A stretch of 64,000 bases of DNA from the human T2T-CHM13v2.0 reference genome, Homo sapiens (GCF_009914755.1 NC_060936.1), one strand, 5' to 3'; positions 26,680 through 41,560 are shown, counted from the first letter of the stretch. Notes: generated from the letters alone by a model not told the origin. Translations and numbers: made by a program.

Positions 26680-27550
26680 TTAACAATGCTTTCTGTCTTT
26701 CAGCTTCTTATGCCAAAGCCATCAAGTCAATCCTATGCTTATTATTTTTTACTCTCACCCCCATCCACTGCATCAACCCATTCTATGTTTCTACCTTAAA
26801 CTATCCAGAATGCAATTGATCTCTCCACGTCCACGGCTATGAACAGCGTTCACCCTCTCTAGTCTGGAAGATCACAGTGGCCTCCTAACAGGTCCCCATT
26901 CATCTTTTCTCAGCACAAATAGCCAGGGTGCTTCCTTAAAACACATTTAAGTCAGGTCCTGAGACTCTTCTGCTCAAAACAATTTACAGCCCTCCACCTC
27001 ACGCAGACTAAAAGCCAGTTTTTAGAGTGGACTTGGACCAGGTCCACGTTTCCTGTGGGAGTTCATCTTGGACCTCCTCTACCTTGGTACCACACTTTCA
27101 CTCTCCCTCGTCCCACTCTTCTCCGGCTATATTTGTCCTTGTTGGTCCATGACACGTTCTCCTATTCTGCACCAGCCACTCCTACCTGAATGCTCTTCCA
27201 CATCTATTTCCATGGGGCTCCTTTGCCTCCTATAGGTATTTGCTCAGATATCACCTTCTCCATCCATCCCTCTCTGATTGCTGTATTTAAGATGGTTCCC
27301 TCCCGACATTCCTGTCTCTGCTTTACTATTTTTCATATCACATATCGCCATGTGATATACTTACATTGTACTTATTTATATGTTAATTGTAGGTCTTCTC
27401 CACTAGAAAGTGAACTCCATAAGAGCTGAGGGCTTTGTTTTGCCTGGTATGTTCCCTGCTGTCTCTCCGGAACTGAGAGACAGAGAGACAGAGAACGGAG
27501 AGAACTGACTCATTAAATATCTGCTGAATGAATGAATGAATAAATGAATA
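26680..27550 (+). mobile_element. L2 (L2a-like) 3' portion
   Basis: Pyrimidine-rich L2 body; CCACTAGAAAGTGAACTCCATAAGAGC; terminal (TGAA)n tail. Confidence 0.8.
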
Positions 27551-27799
27551 CTTTCCCACTGTTTTGACCAAGCTGTGATGTTTATCTTGATTAATTTACC
27601 TTTTACAAGACAATTGGACTGTTTCCTTCTCTAAAATAGCTTAATAGTATGATTTAATATATGTTTAAAAGTATATGGCAGAACTCTACCAGGCCTGTCC
27701 TCCTCAAATAAATGCAGTTCTCAGTGTAATTACTTTAAGCTTCATGGGAATCAGAACTATTGATCTAGAATTGCACGCTTCTTTATCAAACTGCCTTAA

Positions 27800-28135
<336 letters not shown>

Positions 28136-29599
28136 TCTATTTTCTTTCTGAGCCAATATACTCAGACTTCTCATGCATGGAAGTATAGAGGAGTAACCAC
28201 ATGGCCTGGGTATCAGAGAGAAAAAGATGCAAGAGGTTATAAAAGTGGTTGAAAATATGATTATGGTAATACCTGTGCAGATGGAGTAAACTAGCTGTAG
28301 TTGATCTTTTATTATATCTAAGGTACATCCCAATTTTAAAAAATTATTACAATGTGTAAGCCCTGAAAGATATTAGTTAAATCATTATGTCAAAGGTGGA
28401 ATTATTATGCAAAGGACAAGCATAAAGTCTTTCCTGAACACTTGTTGGCATTATTGGCTAACCGGAAAAAGCTGTAACAATATTTCTCATAAACAATAGT
28501 GACCAAAGAAAAGGAGACCCCTTCAAGAGCTGACTGCTCTTGAAAGCCCATTAAAGAACTTACTGCATACTACAGTCCACTAATAAGCCGAATTAATAGC
28601 ATCCTATTTCAGTATTAATGAGACAACTTTTTGGCATTGTCTTTGGCCTTGTAACAGTAGAAAATACAAAGAACAATGAGATGTGAAAATTAAAAATAAA
28701 TAATGCTTGCCCTTATTACTCAGCCCAAGAAACTTTGAAACCACCCAAGTTTTCTAGCTGAAAATAATTTAGTAGAATTAGTCACTCATGTGAACAAATT
28801 GTCTTTTATCTTTAAGTTGGTATAATAAATACTTTCATATATTTATGCTTATATGGACATTGGAATATACTCAAAGACAGTAAATCAAGCAAAATGCTTT
28901 ATTTGGTATAGAAGTATTATTAGATGATCTCCTATAATCAGTTGAGTCACAGGTATTTTTATCTTATTTTATTTGTAAAATTATTGTTTGGGTATACAGT
29001 ATTTTGGAATTCTATTTTAATTTCCTTTATAAAATACTAATTTATTGGGCTTATACCTTGGCAGGCTAGCATATTCCCGTTTATTTAGAATAATGCTAAA
29101 TTTATTGTTTTTAGAATGCTATGATTTAAAAAACTATGGTAAGATGGATTAATTACAAACAGATATTAGAATAATACTTTTTTTGCACTTTTCTAACTTT
29201 TCCATTCATATCACCACCAACCAATACAAGTCAGGGTTACACCTGCCCATAATATTTAGAGCAGCTTAGGGGATAAAGGATGTTGCAGATCTGGTACTCA
29301 CACCTAAGTGATTAAATTTGTATCGCAAAATATGTGACCACAATGGAGCTGTGTGTAGAAAAGATTGACCCATTGTAAACCCTGAGAGATAGTGTCATGT
29401 TAAGAATTTGGCAAGGAGAGAGGGAGGGTTGCTAATGGATAGATATAAAAATATGTAGCCATTTAAAGCCAGTCAAAATTGTTTTCTTCAGTCCACTCTC
29501 ATTTCCTTATAATGCTTTTGATAAACATTGACATGCAGAGCCAGTGCCTTTGCAGAAGTGAGTTTTTCTCTTTGCAAAACAAAAATAATTTAAAAGAGG

Positions 29600-30005
29600 T
29601 TGCTGTTGAGTTAAAAGCAAATGGAAGCCAAACAGCTGAGGTTCTAACCCCACCTTTGCCACTTACTAGTTATGTAACTTTGGGCAAGTAAATTATTTTT
29701 TTGGTTCCACAGTTATCTCCTCTGTAAAACTGGGATATCAATTGCATCTACCTTAAAGACTTGATGTAAAGATCAAATGCACAAATGTTTGTAATATGCT
29801 TAGAGCAGTACCTGAAATATGTTAATCTCTATTAAATGAATGAATGAGTGGGCTTTAAAGTCAAACATAACAGGGCTTGAATCTTTATTCTATTTATTAG
29901 CAATATGATAAGTTGTACAACCTTTCTCAGCCTTGGTTTTCTCAATGGAAAAATTACAGAAATAATTTCTGTCTCCTAGAATTTCTGTACAGTATTAAAT
30001 GAAAT
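29600..30005 (+). mobile_element. Two adjacent MIR copies with an L2-like (TGAA)n end between them
   Basis: CCACTTACTAGTTATGTAACTTTGGGCAAG and a second core CTCAGCCTTGGTTTTCTCA. Confidence 0.65.
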
Positions 30006-30039
30006 ATTTTCCACCATCAAAGTGGAAAACAATAATACA

Positions 30040-30561
30040 TTTAATACTGTATACTTTGAGAAAAATAGGAAAATGATTCATATTCCATTAGTATAGGAGT
30101 ATAAATTAATACAACAATTTTAAGAAAACAATTTGGCAATGTGTATTATTCTTTTACATGCACATATCTTTGACCATCAGTTTTACTTCTAGAAGTTTAT
30201 CTCATTGATAAATAAAAATATATGTGACAGAATACTTATTTCAATGTCATTTGTATTGGTAAATAACTAGGGACAACTTAGATGTCTTTCAATAGAGGAC
30301 CAATTAGATAAATGATAATAAACCTATACAATGGAACTACATGTAGTAATAAAAGGAAAGAGATAGATATACAGATAAGGAAGGATGCCCAAGGTATATT
30401 CTGATATGAAATAGCTACTTGAAGAATAGTATATTGTAAGTGTCACATACACGCATGAATATATCTACGTGTATATGTATACACATATAGTAAGCATATA
30501 TAAACATAAAATATCTGGTATCTTGTATGTAAACAGTTTGATATGTGTCACTATTTTGGTA
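30040..30561 (+). mobile_element. L1ME (ME3/4-like) ORF2 end and 3' UTR
   Basis: CAATTTGGCAAT...TTTGACC...TTACTTCTAGAAGTTTATC...TACAATGGAACTAC. Confidence 0.75.
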
Positions 30562-31439
30562 CACACATAGTCCATTTCTCTGATTTTTTTCCCACGAAGT
30601 GCTCAAATGTCCACCTGCCCTAATGAATTGTGTAAGAGTCCCAGGGTTTACGCTGTTCAAAGCTAGGGCGTCAGTCCAGCTCCCAGCACCAGGGGGAGCC
30701 AGCACAGCAGAGGCTGCTCAGTCCTGTCCTGATACCGCTTCCCCCTTTCAGTCTATGTTGTACTGACTGTGCCTGTAACCGACAGCCAGGTGACTCTTGT
30801 CCACAGCTGCTGGTTTGCCTCATTCCTCCAGGATCCCGGGAAGCTGGGATGGCTCATGTTTGTGCTGTGGAGGTATAGGTATTTTCAGTTTGCACCCACA
30901 GGCTCTGCCATTATTCCCCCAATCACAAGTCCAGTGGTAGCTGTGTCCCCTGTTGGAGCGCGTCCATGGAAGCCCTTGGGTCCTGGTGATGGGCCAGTGT
31001 CCTTTTTCCCTTCTGATGGGGCCTCAATATCCTTTCTTGATGGACCTCCTGCCACCCAACCCGTTTCCCTAACTTAAGGGATAGGTTGAACTGTAGATTC
31101 GTTTCTTTCCCAGAAGACAATGAGGACAAGGGTTCTTTTGCACATTGATCTACCTCTTCTCCAAACTCTGCATACCAAGGATAGGGGTGGCTTTTGCTAG
31201 AGCACAAATGCATGAATTGGTCCTTTTACATTCTCATCCTAGGACACCGAGTGTCTGCTTTCCTTGTAACTGTGAGCAGCTACTTTTTCTTTGCAGAATG
31301 AAGATGTTTCCTTCAAGGTGACTTTCTGGGTCTGCCTATTCAGACTAACAGGTGGCATACTGGGGGAAATGGATACTTATCCTCGCATTACTAAACACCC
31401 CATTTATCTGAATATTCGTATTTCTTATGCACAAAGTTT

Positions 31440-31640
31440 TATTTGTTTGTTTGCTAGTGATACATAAGTATATAGAAACTTCCTGGAAGAACTCTCAAGA
31501 AGTTATTAATGTTGTTTATCTATGAGGAGTAAGCATGGTGATTAGGAAGAAGTCTCTTGTGTTTTTCTTTAGACCTTACTGTTTTGCTTGGGTTTAAAGA
31601 AAACTACTTTGTAATAAAACAAAAGTTAAGAAAAAGATAA
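31440..31640 (+). mobile_element. L1ME 3' terminal fragment
   Basis: ATAGAAACTTCCTGGAAGAACTCTCAAGAAG...TACTTTGTAATAAAA; A-rich end. Confidence 0.55.
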
Positions 31641-32789
31641 TTTTGAAACCGAGGGAATATATGTATATTTACCAGCATATGACAGGTATTAAAATATGGT
31701 TGGTTCCTTTCTCCAGCTGGCATTGTCATTTTTGTGACTTGTTATCAGAGGAAGAGAGGATGAGCACATCTAACATGTCCAATATTGGTGAAAGCATTTC
31801 TCTGTGGCAGAAATATGAGAGATGGGTCAGAAAAGATTTGAACTGTTTCAAAGTGGACTGGTGTCCACTATGTGGGTATTTTTACCATAATCTTTGCCTA
31901 CAGGGTTGCTACGTAGAGTTATGTAGAATGTGCACTGAATAAGAGTATCACATCTAAGAGGTATGTTCATATTGCAGACACAGTCCATTGGTATATTTAT
32001 CCATGCCTTTGTCTGAAAGTTACAAAAAGTACCCTGTTCAAATAAAATTATTATATTAGGACAATTTTATAACAGATGGAAGTAAAGCACATTGGCACTG
32101 TAGGGCAGGCCACTGCCCACTGCCCGAAATAATCATCTCTGGCAATGATGGAGAAGGTCATTCATTGCTGTTTTCTGACTTCATTCACCTTCAAGTTTTC
32201 TCCCATGTATCACTGAATCCCTCTCCTATGGAGGAAGGAGAAAAAAAACTCATACATTCTCTTCTTCCTCAAACCTTCTCCGTCTACCACAGAGTCACCT
32301 CAGAATTAGTGTGTGGGTTTATTGTCATTTCCTGTGAACCATGATAGAAGTTCTCCTGTAGTCCTTGTTTATATCTGGGTGCTCTTAAGTAAGGAGTAAC
32401 TGAGCTTAAACTAGATAAAATTTTTGTATCTTCATACAAAAATTCCTCAACCTTCAATTGCTGTAGAAGGAGAACTTAAGATTGAGAATCTTTGTTTGAG
32501 GTTTTAGTATATTGCTCAAAACTTAAGAACTGTTGTTAAGACATTGCTTAGGACTTTCCAAAGCATTTTGAAAAATGTGTTAGTGTGTATTAATGTTTGT
32601 ATATGTTAGTTAACTTTACAATTAATTTATTTGTAATATAAGCATTAATAGTTGTGCTTATGTGTCCATTGTGCAAAATTTGGTCCTCAAGCTCTAAAAG
32701 GCAAAGTGTTACATAAATCTCTAAAGATTATGAATTAAAAGGAGTAGTTCCAAGAGACTGCCCATACAACTCTGTTGATCTTTTCCAAG

Positions 32790-33394
32790 TGTTACCGGAA
32801 AGGGGTCCCAATCCAGACCTCAAGAGAGGGTTCTTGGATCTCGCACAAGAAAGAATTTGAGGTGAGTCTATAAAGTGAAAGCAAGTTTACTAAGGAAGTA
32901 AAGGAATGAAGAATCGCTACTCCATAGGCAGACCTGTGGCTTGAGCTGCTGGCCTCCTAAGGATACTTATAGTTATTTCTTGGTTATATGCTAAACAAGG
33001 GGTGAATTATTCACGAGTTTTCTGGGAAAGGGATGGGCAATTCCCAGAGCTGAGAGTTCCCCCTCTCTTTAGACCATGTAGGGTAACTTCTGGACATTGC
33101 CATGGCATCTGTAAAATGTCATGGTGTTGATGGTAGTGTCTTTTAGCATGCTAATGAGCAGTGAGGATGACCAAAGGTCACTCTTGTGGCCATCTTGGTT
33201 TTGGTGGGATTTGGCCAGCTTCACTACTGCAACTTGTTTTTATCAGCAAGGTCTTTATGATCTTGTGCCAACCTCCTGTCTCATCCTGTGACTAAGAATA
33301 CCTAACCTCCTGGGAATGTAGCCCAGTAGGTCTCAGCCTCATTTTCCCAACCCCTATTCAAGACGGAGTTGCTCTTGTTCAAATGCCTCTGACA
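32790..33394 (-). mobile_element. MER41B (ERV1) solo LTR
   Basis: Antisense ends TGTTACCGGAAAGGGGTCCC...TTCAAATGCCTCTGACA; 4-bp TSD CAAG at 32786-32789 and 33395-33398. Confidence 0.92.
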
Positions 33395-33460
33395 CAAGTA
33401 CAATTAAATAAATCCTCTGGTAACAATGACCCTGAGTAGGGTATTAAATAGAGAAAAGGT

Positions 33461-33980
33461 TCTATCAGTTGAAACTATTTCAATTGTAAGGGGTAAAAAC
33501 TTATACTGACATAGGCACAAAAATAATTTATTGGCTCCTACAACAGTAGGAAAAGCTTCAGGACGGGCTTGACCCAGGGGCTCAAACAACATAAAGAGGG
33601 CACAGTCTTTCTCCAGGCCAGTTTCATTCTTCAGTTTTATATGCCAGCAAAACAACAACAAAAAGCTCTTGACATGCGCTTACCCAGGTTAAAGTCCAGC
33701 AGAAAAGAGCATGAGCTTTTTATTTCATCTTACTGTATCTCGCTAATTAAGACTAATCACCTGCCTATTCCTGAACCAATTCCTGTAGCCAAGGAATATG
33801 ATCTTCTGACTGGCCAGGAGTGAGTCACATGCCTACTCTTAGAGCCTAGTGTTTACAATTACTCTATTATAAGCTCATTTTCTGGTTCTTAAAGGGATGT
33901 AGGGCAGGTTCTTAAAGGGATTTTGGGATATGGGTAACAGAAGAAAAGACACTTGGAGGCAAAAAGAAAAGGTGCTCACT
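33461..33980 (-). mobile_element. MLT1K/L-like LTR
   Basis: AATTTATTGGCTC, CCAGGGGCTCAAA and CCTGAACCAAT motifs. Confidence 0.6.
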
Positions 33981-35103
33981 CTAAAGGTAGAGTCATCTAA
34001 TCAAAAGAGGGTGGGTAGTTGAGATGTGCAGATGAACAGTCCCCTTTAAGATGCATAAGAACCAAAATAAAGAATAGAAGCTTGACATGCCTTGGGAATG
34101 TACAGTGACAATGGTGGTTATGCAAGTCATTCTGGTGCATTGGTTGCTTATTAGATTCACTTAAATCTTAGTGGCCTTTTAATCTAGAGCTAATAGAAAC
34201 ACTTACATTTTTATTTTTAAGATGCTTTTTAAAATTAACTTCTTAATTTTTTTGTGTAGACTTTGCTTTTCTTTTATCCCAAATCACATATCTTTATAGA
34301 AAACTTGGAAAATGCCATAACATTAAGAAAAATGAATGAAAATCACTAAAACTCATCACCTAAAAATTTTCACTATTAGCATCTTGGCTTATTTCCTTTC
34401 TTCTATTGTTTTATTTTGCATCAAAAATTATAAGACAGATTTAGAAGGATTAATGAAATAGTAGCAGCTCCAGGCTAGATGCTTGGAATCTAGACATAAA
34501 GATTCAGATATAAAATGTTCTGAGGGCATTTAATGTATGAAAGCAAACCTCGGAAGACAACTGCATTTTCTTATGTTGCATTCTGTCCTGCAAGCAAGAC
34601 ATTATTCTTTCTCAGGATCTGAAAGGTTATTTGAGTGATATTGGCTTATATCAGAGTCAGGTCAATCTGTCATATGTCCCTGAGTTTTTCCAATCAACAG
34701 GTTTTACAATATTATTAATCACATTTTTATGTCATTTTATCAGCTGTAGAGGTCCCGAATAGGGTGCCTATGAGAATATACAGTGTGTCATACATTTTTA
34801 ATACACTTGATATTAGGCCTTCCACCAAGCTCTTTTCCATTCATATTGGTGTATTCTTATATTAAATCATTTTTAGAATAAGATGAAAGTAAAGCAAAGC
34901 AGAATGCTGCTTTTACTTCTCTCCCTCCTGTGCATGTGAACACCATATTTGATTAAATGTTGCCTAAGAGCAGGTCTCCCAGTTATGTTAGCCTTGGACA
35001 CTCATGGCCCAGTTTCTCAGGGACGTGTGAAGGCCCTGGCTCCCCTTATTTAATGAACAAGATACAGCTCTCATGTTCTTTTCACACGATCTTATACTAA
35101 TGG

Positions 35104-35262
35104 AGCTGGGCATGGTGGCATGCACCTGTAATCTCAGCTACTCAAGAGGCTGAGATGGGAGGATCACATGAGCCCAGGAGTTCAAGACCGGGTGGGCAAC
35201 CTAGAGAGATCCCAACTCAAGAAAAAAAAAGAAAAACATAAAAATAAAAATAATTTTAAAAA
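35104..35262 (+). mobile_element. FLAM-like Alu monomer
   Basis: Single arm with A-rich tail; TATACTAATG repeated at 35093-35102 and 35271-35280. Confidence 0.85.
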
Positions 35263-35367
35263 ATCAGTTCTATACTAATGACCTGTGGTTCCTTTCAGTT
35301 TTGAATCACGATTCTTAGGTTCAGTGACCACTTAAATGGAAGATATATATCATAAATATTCAAATTC

Positions 35368-35673
35368 GGCTGGGTGTGGTGGCTCATGCCTGTAGTCCCA
35401 GCACTTTGGGAGGCTGAAGCAGGAGGATCACTTGAGGTCAGGAGTTCAAGACCAGCCTGGCCAACATGGTGAAACCCCGTTTCTACTAAAAATACAAAAA
35501 TTAGCTTGGGGTGATGGTGTGCATCTGCAGTCCCAGCTACTCGGTAGGCTGAGGCACAGGAATTGTTGAACCCAGGAGGCAGAGGTTACAGTGAACCGAG
35601 ATTGTGCCACTGCACTCCCGCCTGGGTGACAGGGCGAGACTCTGTCTCAAATAAATAAATAAAAATAAAAAAG
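35368..35673 (+). mobile_element. Alu SINE, AluSz/Sx-like
   Basis: Full dimer; 15-bp TSD TAAATATTCAAATTC at 35353-35367 and 35674-35688. Confidence 0.95.
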
Positions 35674-36499
35674 TAAATATTCAAATTCAACTACAATAAA
35701 TTTCTCTGGATGCTAGTGGTGCCTTGAATATCTCAACCTCATTTGTGCCACTTGAATTTTAATGGTCACCTACTCAAATGCTATTCCACTCCCCTTTGTT
35801 CTTCGAGGCTCCAATAATTTATCCCTAGTACTACAAAATGTTAAGTTGGAAGTATCCTCAAAGGACGTCGAATCAGAATTCTTAAGCTGTTAGCCTTTAC
35901 TTTCTTTTCTCTGCAAATTTCTCAGTATATGGCTTCACCCTCATCCACTTGGCCAATCTATAAAGTTCAAAGCCACCTTAGACTTCTTTTCTTCTGTCAG
36001 CCCTCTAATGGGCCAGTGGGTGTAAAGTTCTGTCAATCCCATGGCTATAGTGTTTTTAAATCCCTGCCCCCTTTTGTTTTTCAGTCTCACAGCTAGTAAC
36101 AGTACTTTCTGTTCTAGTGGGAATGAGACCACTCTCAGTCTACATCCGTGTGGCTCAAAAGGGGAGGACCCACCTCACCTCCCACTTTTTAGGTCAAGTC
36201 ATCCTCAGTCCATGGACTTTGCAGGACCCATGGTAAAGAGTCATTCCTCCTCCACTGAGGGTGCCAAACTGAAGCTGCTTTTAACCACTTTGCCAGCACC
36301 TGATTAGAGAATGCCTGAAAGCAGAGCTTAGCATGGCAAGAGGGGATTTCTATAGACATGGTGGGGTGCCTGGATTCTGCTGTACCAGCCTCTAACATGA
36401 CGGAGTCATTCCAGTTCCCTCGGTCCATTTGAATGAGGTTTCTGTCATTGTAAGCCAGAGTCCTGACCAATACAGAGCCTACTGCATTAGATATGTTCA

Positions 36500-37500
36500 A
36501 TTATAGTAGAATTCCTTCCTTGATCCTGTCTCTCCCTCAGCTGCTGTCCTTTCTCTCCTGGCTCTCCTCCTATAGCTCTGGCCCACCATTTTTAGTCTCC
36601 TTTTTGTGCATTTGCAAAGTCTGGGATCCTCAGGACTCTCTGCCAGATCTACTTTTTTTTTTTTTTTTTCACTCTATACATTTGCCCTGAGTGATCTTAT
36701 CTGCTTCTATGGCTTTAATCACCATCTAAATATGGACGGTGTTATATTAGTCAATACTCTTTGGGTTTCAACAGACAGAAATCCAACATAAAGAGTCTTA
36801 GGTTTAAAAAAAGATAATCTTTTGGTGTGCAGACTGGAGAAGTACAGTGCTTTACTTCCATCAGGTCTCAGTGTGCATCCTTGTACCCAAACATCAGCAT
36901 CTGGGGTCCACTTCTTCTCGTCATCTCTAGGGCAAAGTCTCTTCAAGTCCACTTAGCAATCCTAGTGAAGAATGAGAGTTTTTTTTCCCCCTCATTCCCT
37001 GGAAGAATTCTGATTGGTTCATCCCTGAACCAATCCTTGTGGCTAGAGTGGTTAAGTGTTCTGATTGGCCAGGTCTAGGTCAGATGTTCATTCCTGTGGT
37101 AGCAGGAGAAAGGGGATGATGTCAGCTCTATTTGAACTGTATAAAATACATTCTCTTTAGGAAAGAGAGTTAGCTCTGTTATTCAAATACAGACAAGGAA
37201 ATATTGGGTTGGTAAAGCCTTCAGTGTTCAAAACAACTCCCAAGCTTACGATTTCAGCTTAGATCTCTTTTCCAGGCCAGATTTCTGCCTAACCAATGGC
37301 CTCCTTGATACCTCTTCTTGGATGTCTCAGGCTCAGTTTAACTCACCCTTCTTCACAAATCTGCTCTTCCTCCCATGGCCCTTATCTCTGGAAATTTCTC
37401 CACTTCCACGAAGTTCTCCAGGTCAGAGATGTGTACCATGCCTGCTTCTTGCTCTCCTTTCCCCCATATCTAAAACCAATTCCTGTCTATCAGGCATCAT
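36500..37500 (+). mobile_element. L2 fragment interrupted by an MLT1 LTR
   Basis: L2 motifs GGCTTTAATCACCATCTA (left) and CTCTTCTTGGATGTCTCAGG (right). Confidence 0.6.
36743..37232 (-). mobile_element. MLT1J/K-like LTR
   Basis: TATATTAGTCAATACTCTTTGGGTTTCAACAGACAGAAATCCAAC; TCTGATTGGCCAGG. Confidence 0.65.
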
Positions 37501-38509
37501 AAATACTTCATGTGACCACAAAAGAGAGGCCTAGAAAATCACAGGAGCATCAACCTTGTCATGTTGGAACCACTACATGAACACCAGCAGCTGCTTATGT
37601 CCTGATTTCTAATTCTATGAGAAAAATAACTATTTGTTTAAGCCATCATCAGACTTTCTCTTACTTGCAGCTAAAAACATTCCTAATTGACATGGTGCCC
37701 TTGCTATGTTCTCTAATTTGAACATTATCATTTCATATAATGATATAATAATGTATATCATTTATATATTATTATAATTTATTATGTAATTATCTATCTC
37801 CTTAGCTTTTATTGTAAACATTAGTACGTATCTATCTTGATTGCCACTATATCTCCAAAATCGAGCAGAATGCCAAGAACCCAGTAGTAAATGATCAACA
37901 AATATCTGTTGAAAGAATGTGTGACTTGTACTAGGCCACATCTTCTCAGTAACCACAGCTCCTTAGCATACTAGAATCAACTTAAGGGAGGAAAGCACAA
38001 GTTGACTTATAGAAATTTTGATGAATCTGGAGTTACTATATCAAGCAATGACAGAAACCTATATAAAACTAGCTTCTATTCATGGTTTTGCTCTCAGTTC
38101 AAATGGCACCTTCTCAGGAAGGTCTACCCTAAACTTCTCCTTTCTTTGGGATTGGACATTTAATTGCAAAGCAGGTAACATAGATGAGCATGGTGAAATG
38201 ATATAAGCAAATGAGCATCTTAAGCTATTCTTCCAACACAGACAATGTATTTGTACTGAAACCATGGGACAGTTCATGTTTCTGAATGAAACATGCTCTC
38301 TCCTATTTTTCTTGAAATGAGATGCTCTGTTATCTATCTCTAACTTTTTCACTTTTTCTAATTACATAGGTACAAAGACAGTGTTCTCTACTGTAAGAAT
38401 AAGCAGTGGAAGTACACTGACTGTGGTCATTTACACTTGGCTTCAACATCAGTGACAAACTAGAAATGATGGAGACTATGAAAATTGTTACTAATGCCTC
38501 TCATTCAGG

Positions 38510-38720
38510 GGTTCATTCAATAATCTACTTTGGCTGAAAATGTAGGACCAGTTTTGCCAGATCTAATTTTTCAGTGAAAGGGAACATTTAGGTTTCTATG
38601 GGAAATCTCTTCATTTTAAACTTTGGATCTAATTAAAACAAACAATCAAATAAAATACAGCTGTGCTAAACATAGCAGAAGTTTAGCTCTGTCCAAGGCT
38701 CATGAGTTTGCAGCCTCCAT
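38510..38720. mobile_element. MER103C-like hAT-Charlie fossil
   Basis: CCAGTTTTGCCAGATCT...TGGGAAATCTC...GTTTGCAGCCTC. Confidence 0.55.
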
Positions 38721-38819
38721 CCTAAAGGATGAAACACCAGCTGCCATTATTTAATCCTCCACAGAGTGTATGGATGGGCATATGGATGGATGAAATATAA
38801 GTTCTTCTGATTTCTTCTC

Positions 38820-39510
38820 CCTTTAATCTGTCTTCTACATAGTTGCTGGAATGATCTTTATAAAATGCAAATTATATCATGTTGTTTCTAAAAACACCAG
38901 CACTTGATTTTTCATTCATTACCTTTAAGTACAAACCTGCTAGCATGGCCTCACCTGACTCTTCATCCTCCATATAACTCACGCTCCATGCGCATTTGCC
39001 TAGTCACCACTCCCTTGGATAGATGAGTCTGTTTTAATTTTGTTCTTATAATTCCCTCAGGCTAGAATGCTGTTCTCCTCATCCCTGCCATATTAAATCA
39101 TGCTTATCCAGCAAGTTCCATATTAGTTGTAACTCCTCTATGAAGCCTTCATGGACGTGTGAGACAGAATTAGTGGCTCCCTCTTCTGTTCCCCAGATCA
39201 CTTTTTTATATTGCTGGTATAGCATGGGCTCCATTCTAATATAGATCTGTTTTTAACTGTCTTGTTTCTCTAACTATGTTATGAGCCACTTCGATGTAGG
39301 GCCTGGGTTTGATTCTCTTCTTAAGTAATCTCCTGTGTCTTATTGCTATTTTGCTTTTTTAAACTTAATTTTTCATGGGCCTGTAAATGCCTTAGCCTCT
39401 CAATTAAATTAGAAACTCATTAAGGTAGAGACTGTATGGCTCATAAGACATCATACTCTGCTGTACCTAGAGTACATGTTTAATAAATATCTTTTTAAAA
39501 TGTCTGAATG
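38820..39510 (+). mobile_element. L2 fragments
   Basis: TGATCTTTATAAAATGCAAA, CCTCTATGAAGCCTTC and AATAAATAT...TGAATGA. Confidence 0.6.
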
Positions 39511-40017
39511 ATTGCATCAAAGTCAACACCTTTTGGCAAAGAAAATAAAGATATTATGTAAGACCAGCAATGTGCTCTATACTCTCTTTAAATTAATTCT
39601 AAGGATCATTAAACTGGGCTTATTGTTCTCAATCAAGGGGAAGTCTAGTCCAATTTTTTTAAGTATAAAATCAGAATTATAGGCTTTGTAAAGAAATTCT
39701 ATGTCACATTCAAGTACATGAAGTGAAAGTGCTTTTTGAATCAATCCGTCCACCTTACACAGAATTGTTTTATGAGTATATGAAAGTTTGCTGGCTTTCA
39801 TGCTAAAGCAGAGCAAATTTTACCTTTGTTTGCATTATTCATTTGCTTTACAATGAATACTTTGTCCTGTCTTCTGAGGCAAATATCACTGGGGTGTGAT
39901 TACTTTACTGCAACGATTACTATTACACTGGAGACTTTTAGAAATATCTGTGGAACCCCTGTTGAACCATTCTATGACAGATTCTTGTGTGGATTCATCT
40001 TTTTAAAAAGTTGTATA

Positions 40018-40540
<523 letters not shown>

Positions 40541-41560
40541 AGGCTTGATTTTTCCTAGTTCTGGCAAGTTCTGATTATAGGTTATTTTTATGGTTTTTTT
40601 TCCCTTTAAAGAAGTGATTTCATGAGACAGTTTTGCCTTAATATCCAGCCTAGCAGGATATCTCATAGTTTCCTTATTTTGAGCATGGTAACCCTGTCTA
40701 CTTCAGCCCTAACTTTATTCCTTTCCATTTTGTTCTCTATGAGAACAATTAAGTAATATCAGGAAAGAGGACATCTCTACTCTTTTAATAGGCACGATTG
40801 CATTCCAGACTGTAAATGAACTTCCATTCAAGATGAGTGGAAGGTCAAATTCAGAGTATTAATGAGAATCATATTTTTTCTTCCTTGGTGACTATTAAAA
40901 TGACAGATGCCAGTGAAGTGAGCTAGAGGAAACCCACGCAAGACCTTGAATGTTATCATCCATCATTAAATCTCACACATACACGTGTCATCATACATGA
41001 GCGTGGTGCAGCCACACTAAGGCCGTGGCTGCTTTTCTGTCCTGTCTGTCACTAGGCTGTCAAATCCCAAGCAAACAAAGAAGGTTCTCTTATTATTGAT
41101 TCAGTGAGGAACAGCAAGGGAAAGCTGGAGCCAGGTCTTGGTGGATGCATTCCTGAGTTGGGTTCAAGCCAGGTCAAAGGGCAGAAGTCAGGCAGCAAAA
41201 CAAATTATCCTATGCAGAACATTGGCCTGAAAGGCGATCTGCAGAGGCAGAGCCTGTTTACCCAGATGGTCTTGATCTCTAAATCTTACCTTTCTGTCAA
41301 CCGTTCTTATGTTTTGTGACAGTTTTAAGGGCTGCTGTTTTACGAGACAGCAGTCAGATCTAGTATTTGAAATTAGAGTGGGAGAAGAAAGGAAATGTGT
41401 ATTGGGAAAGGCCAAATGAAAGAGTGGAGAGAAAAGAAGAAGAAGGATGGCTGGTTAACATGCCATCGATCCCTTGTCTCAGTTCATTTGTTCATTCATT
41501 TAGTCACCCAATTGACCTTTATTGCACACTTGTGTGCCAGATACCATGCTAAATGCTGGG

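Noticed and set aside
30769-31213. Overlapping ~100-aa ORFs as a possible processed pseudogene
   Set aside because: No recognisable protein in the frames I read; no poly(A) tail or TSD
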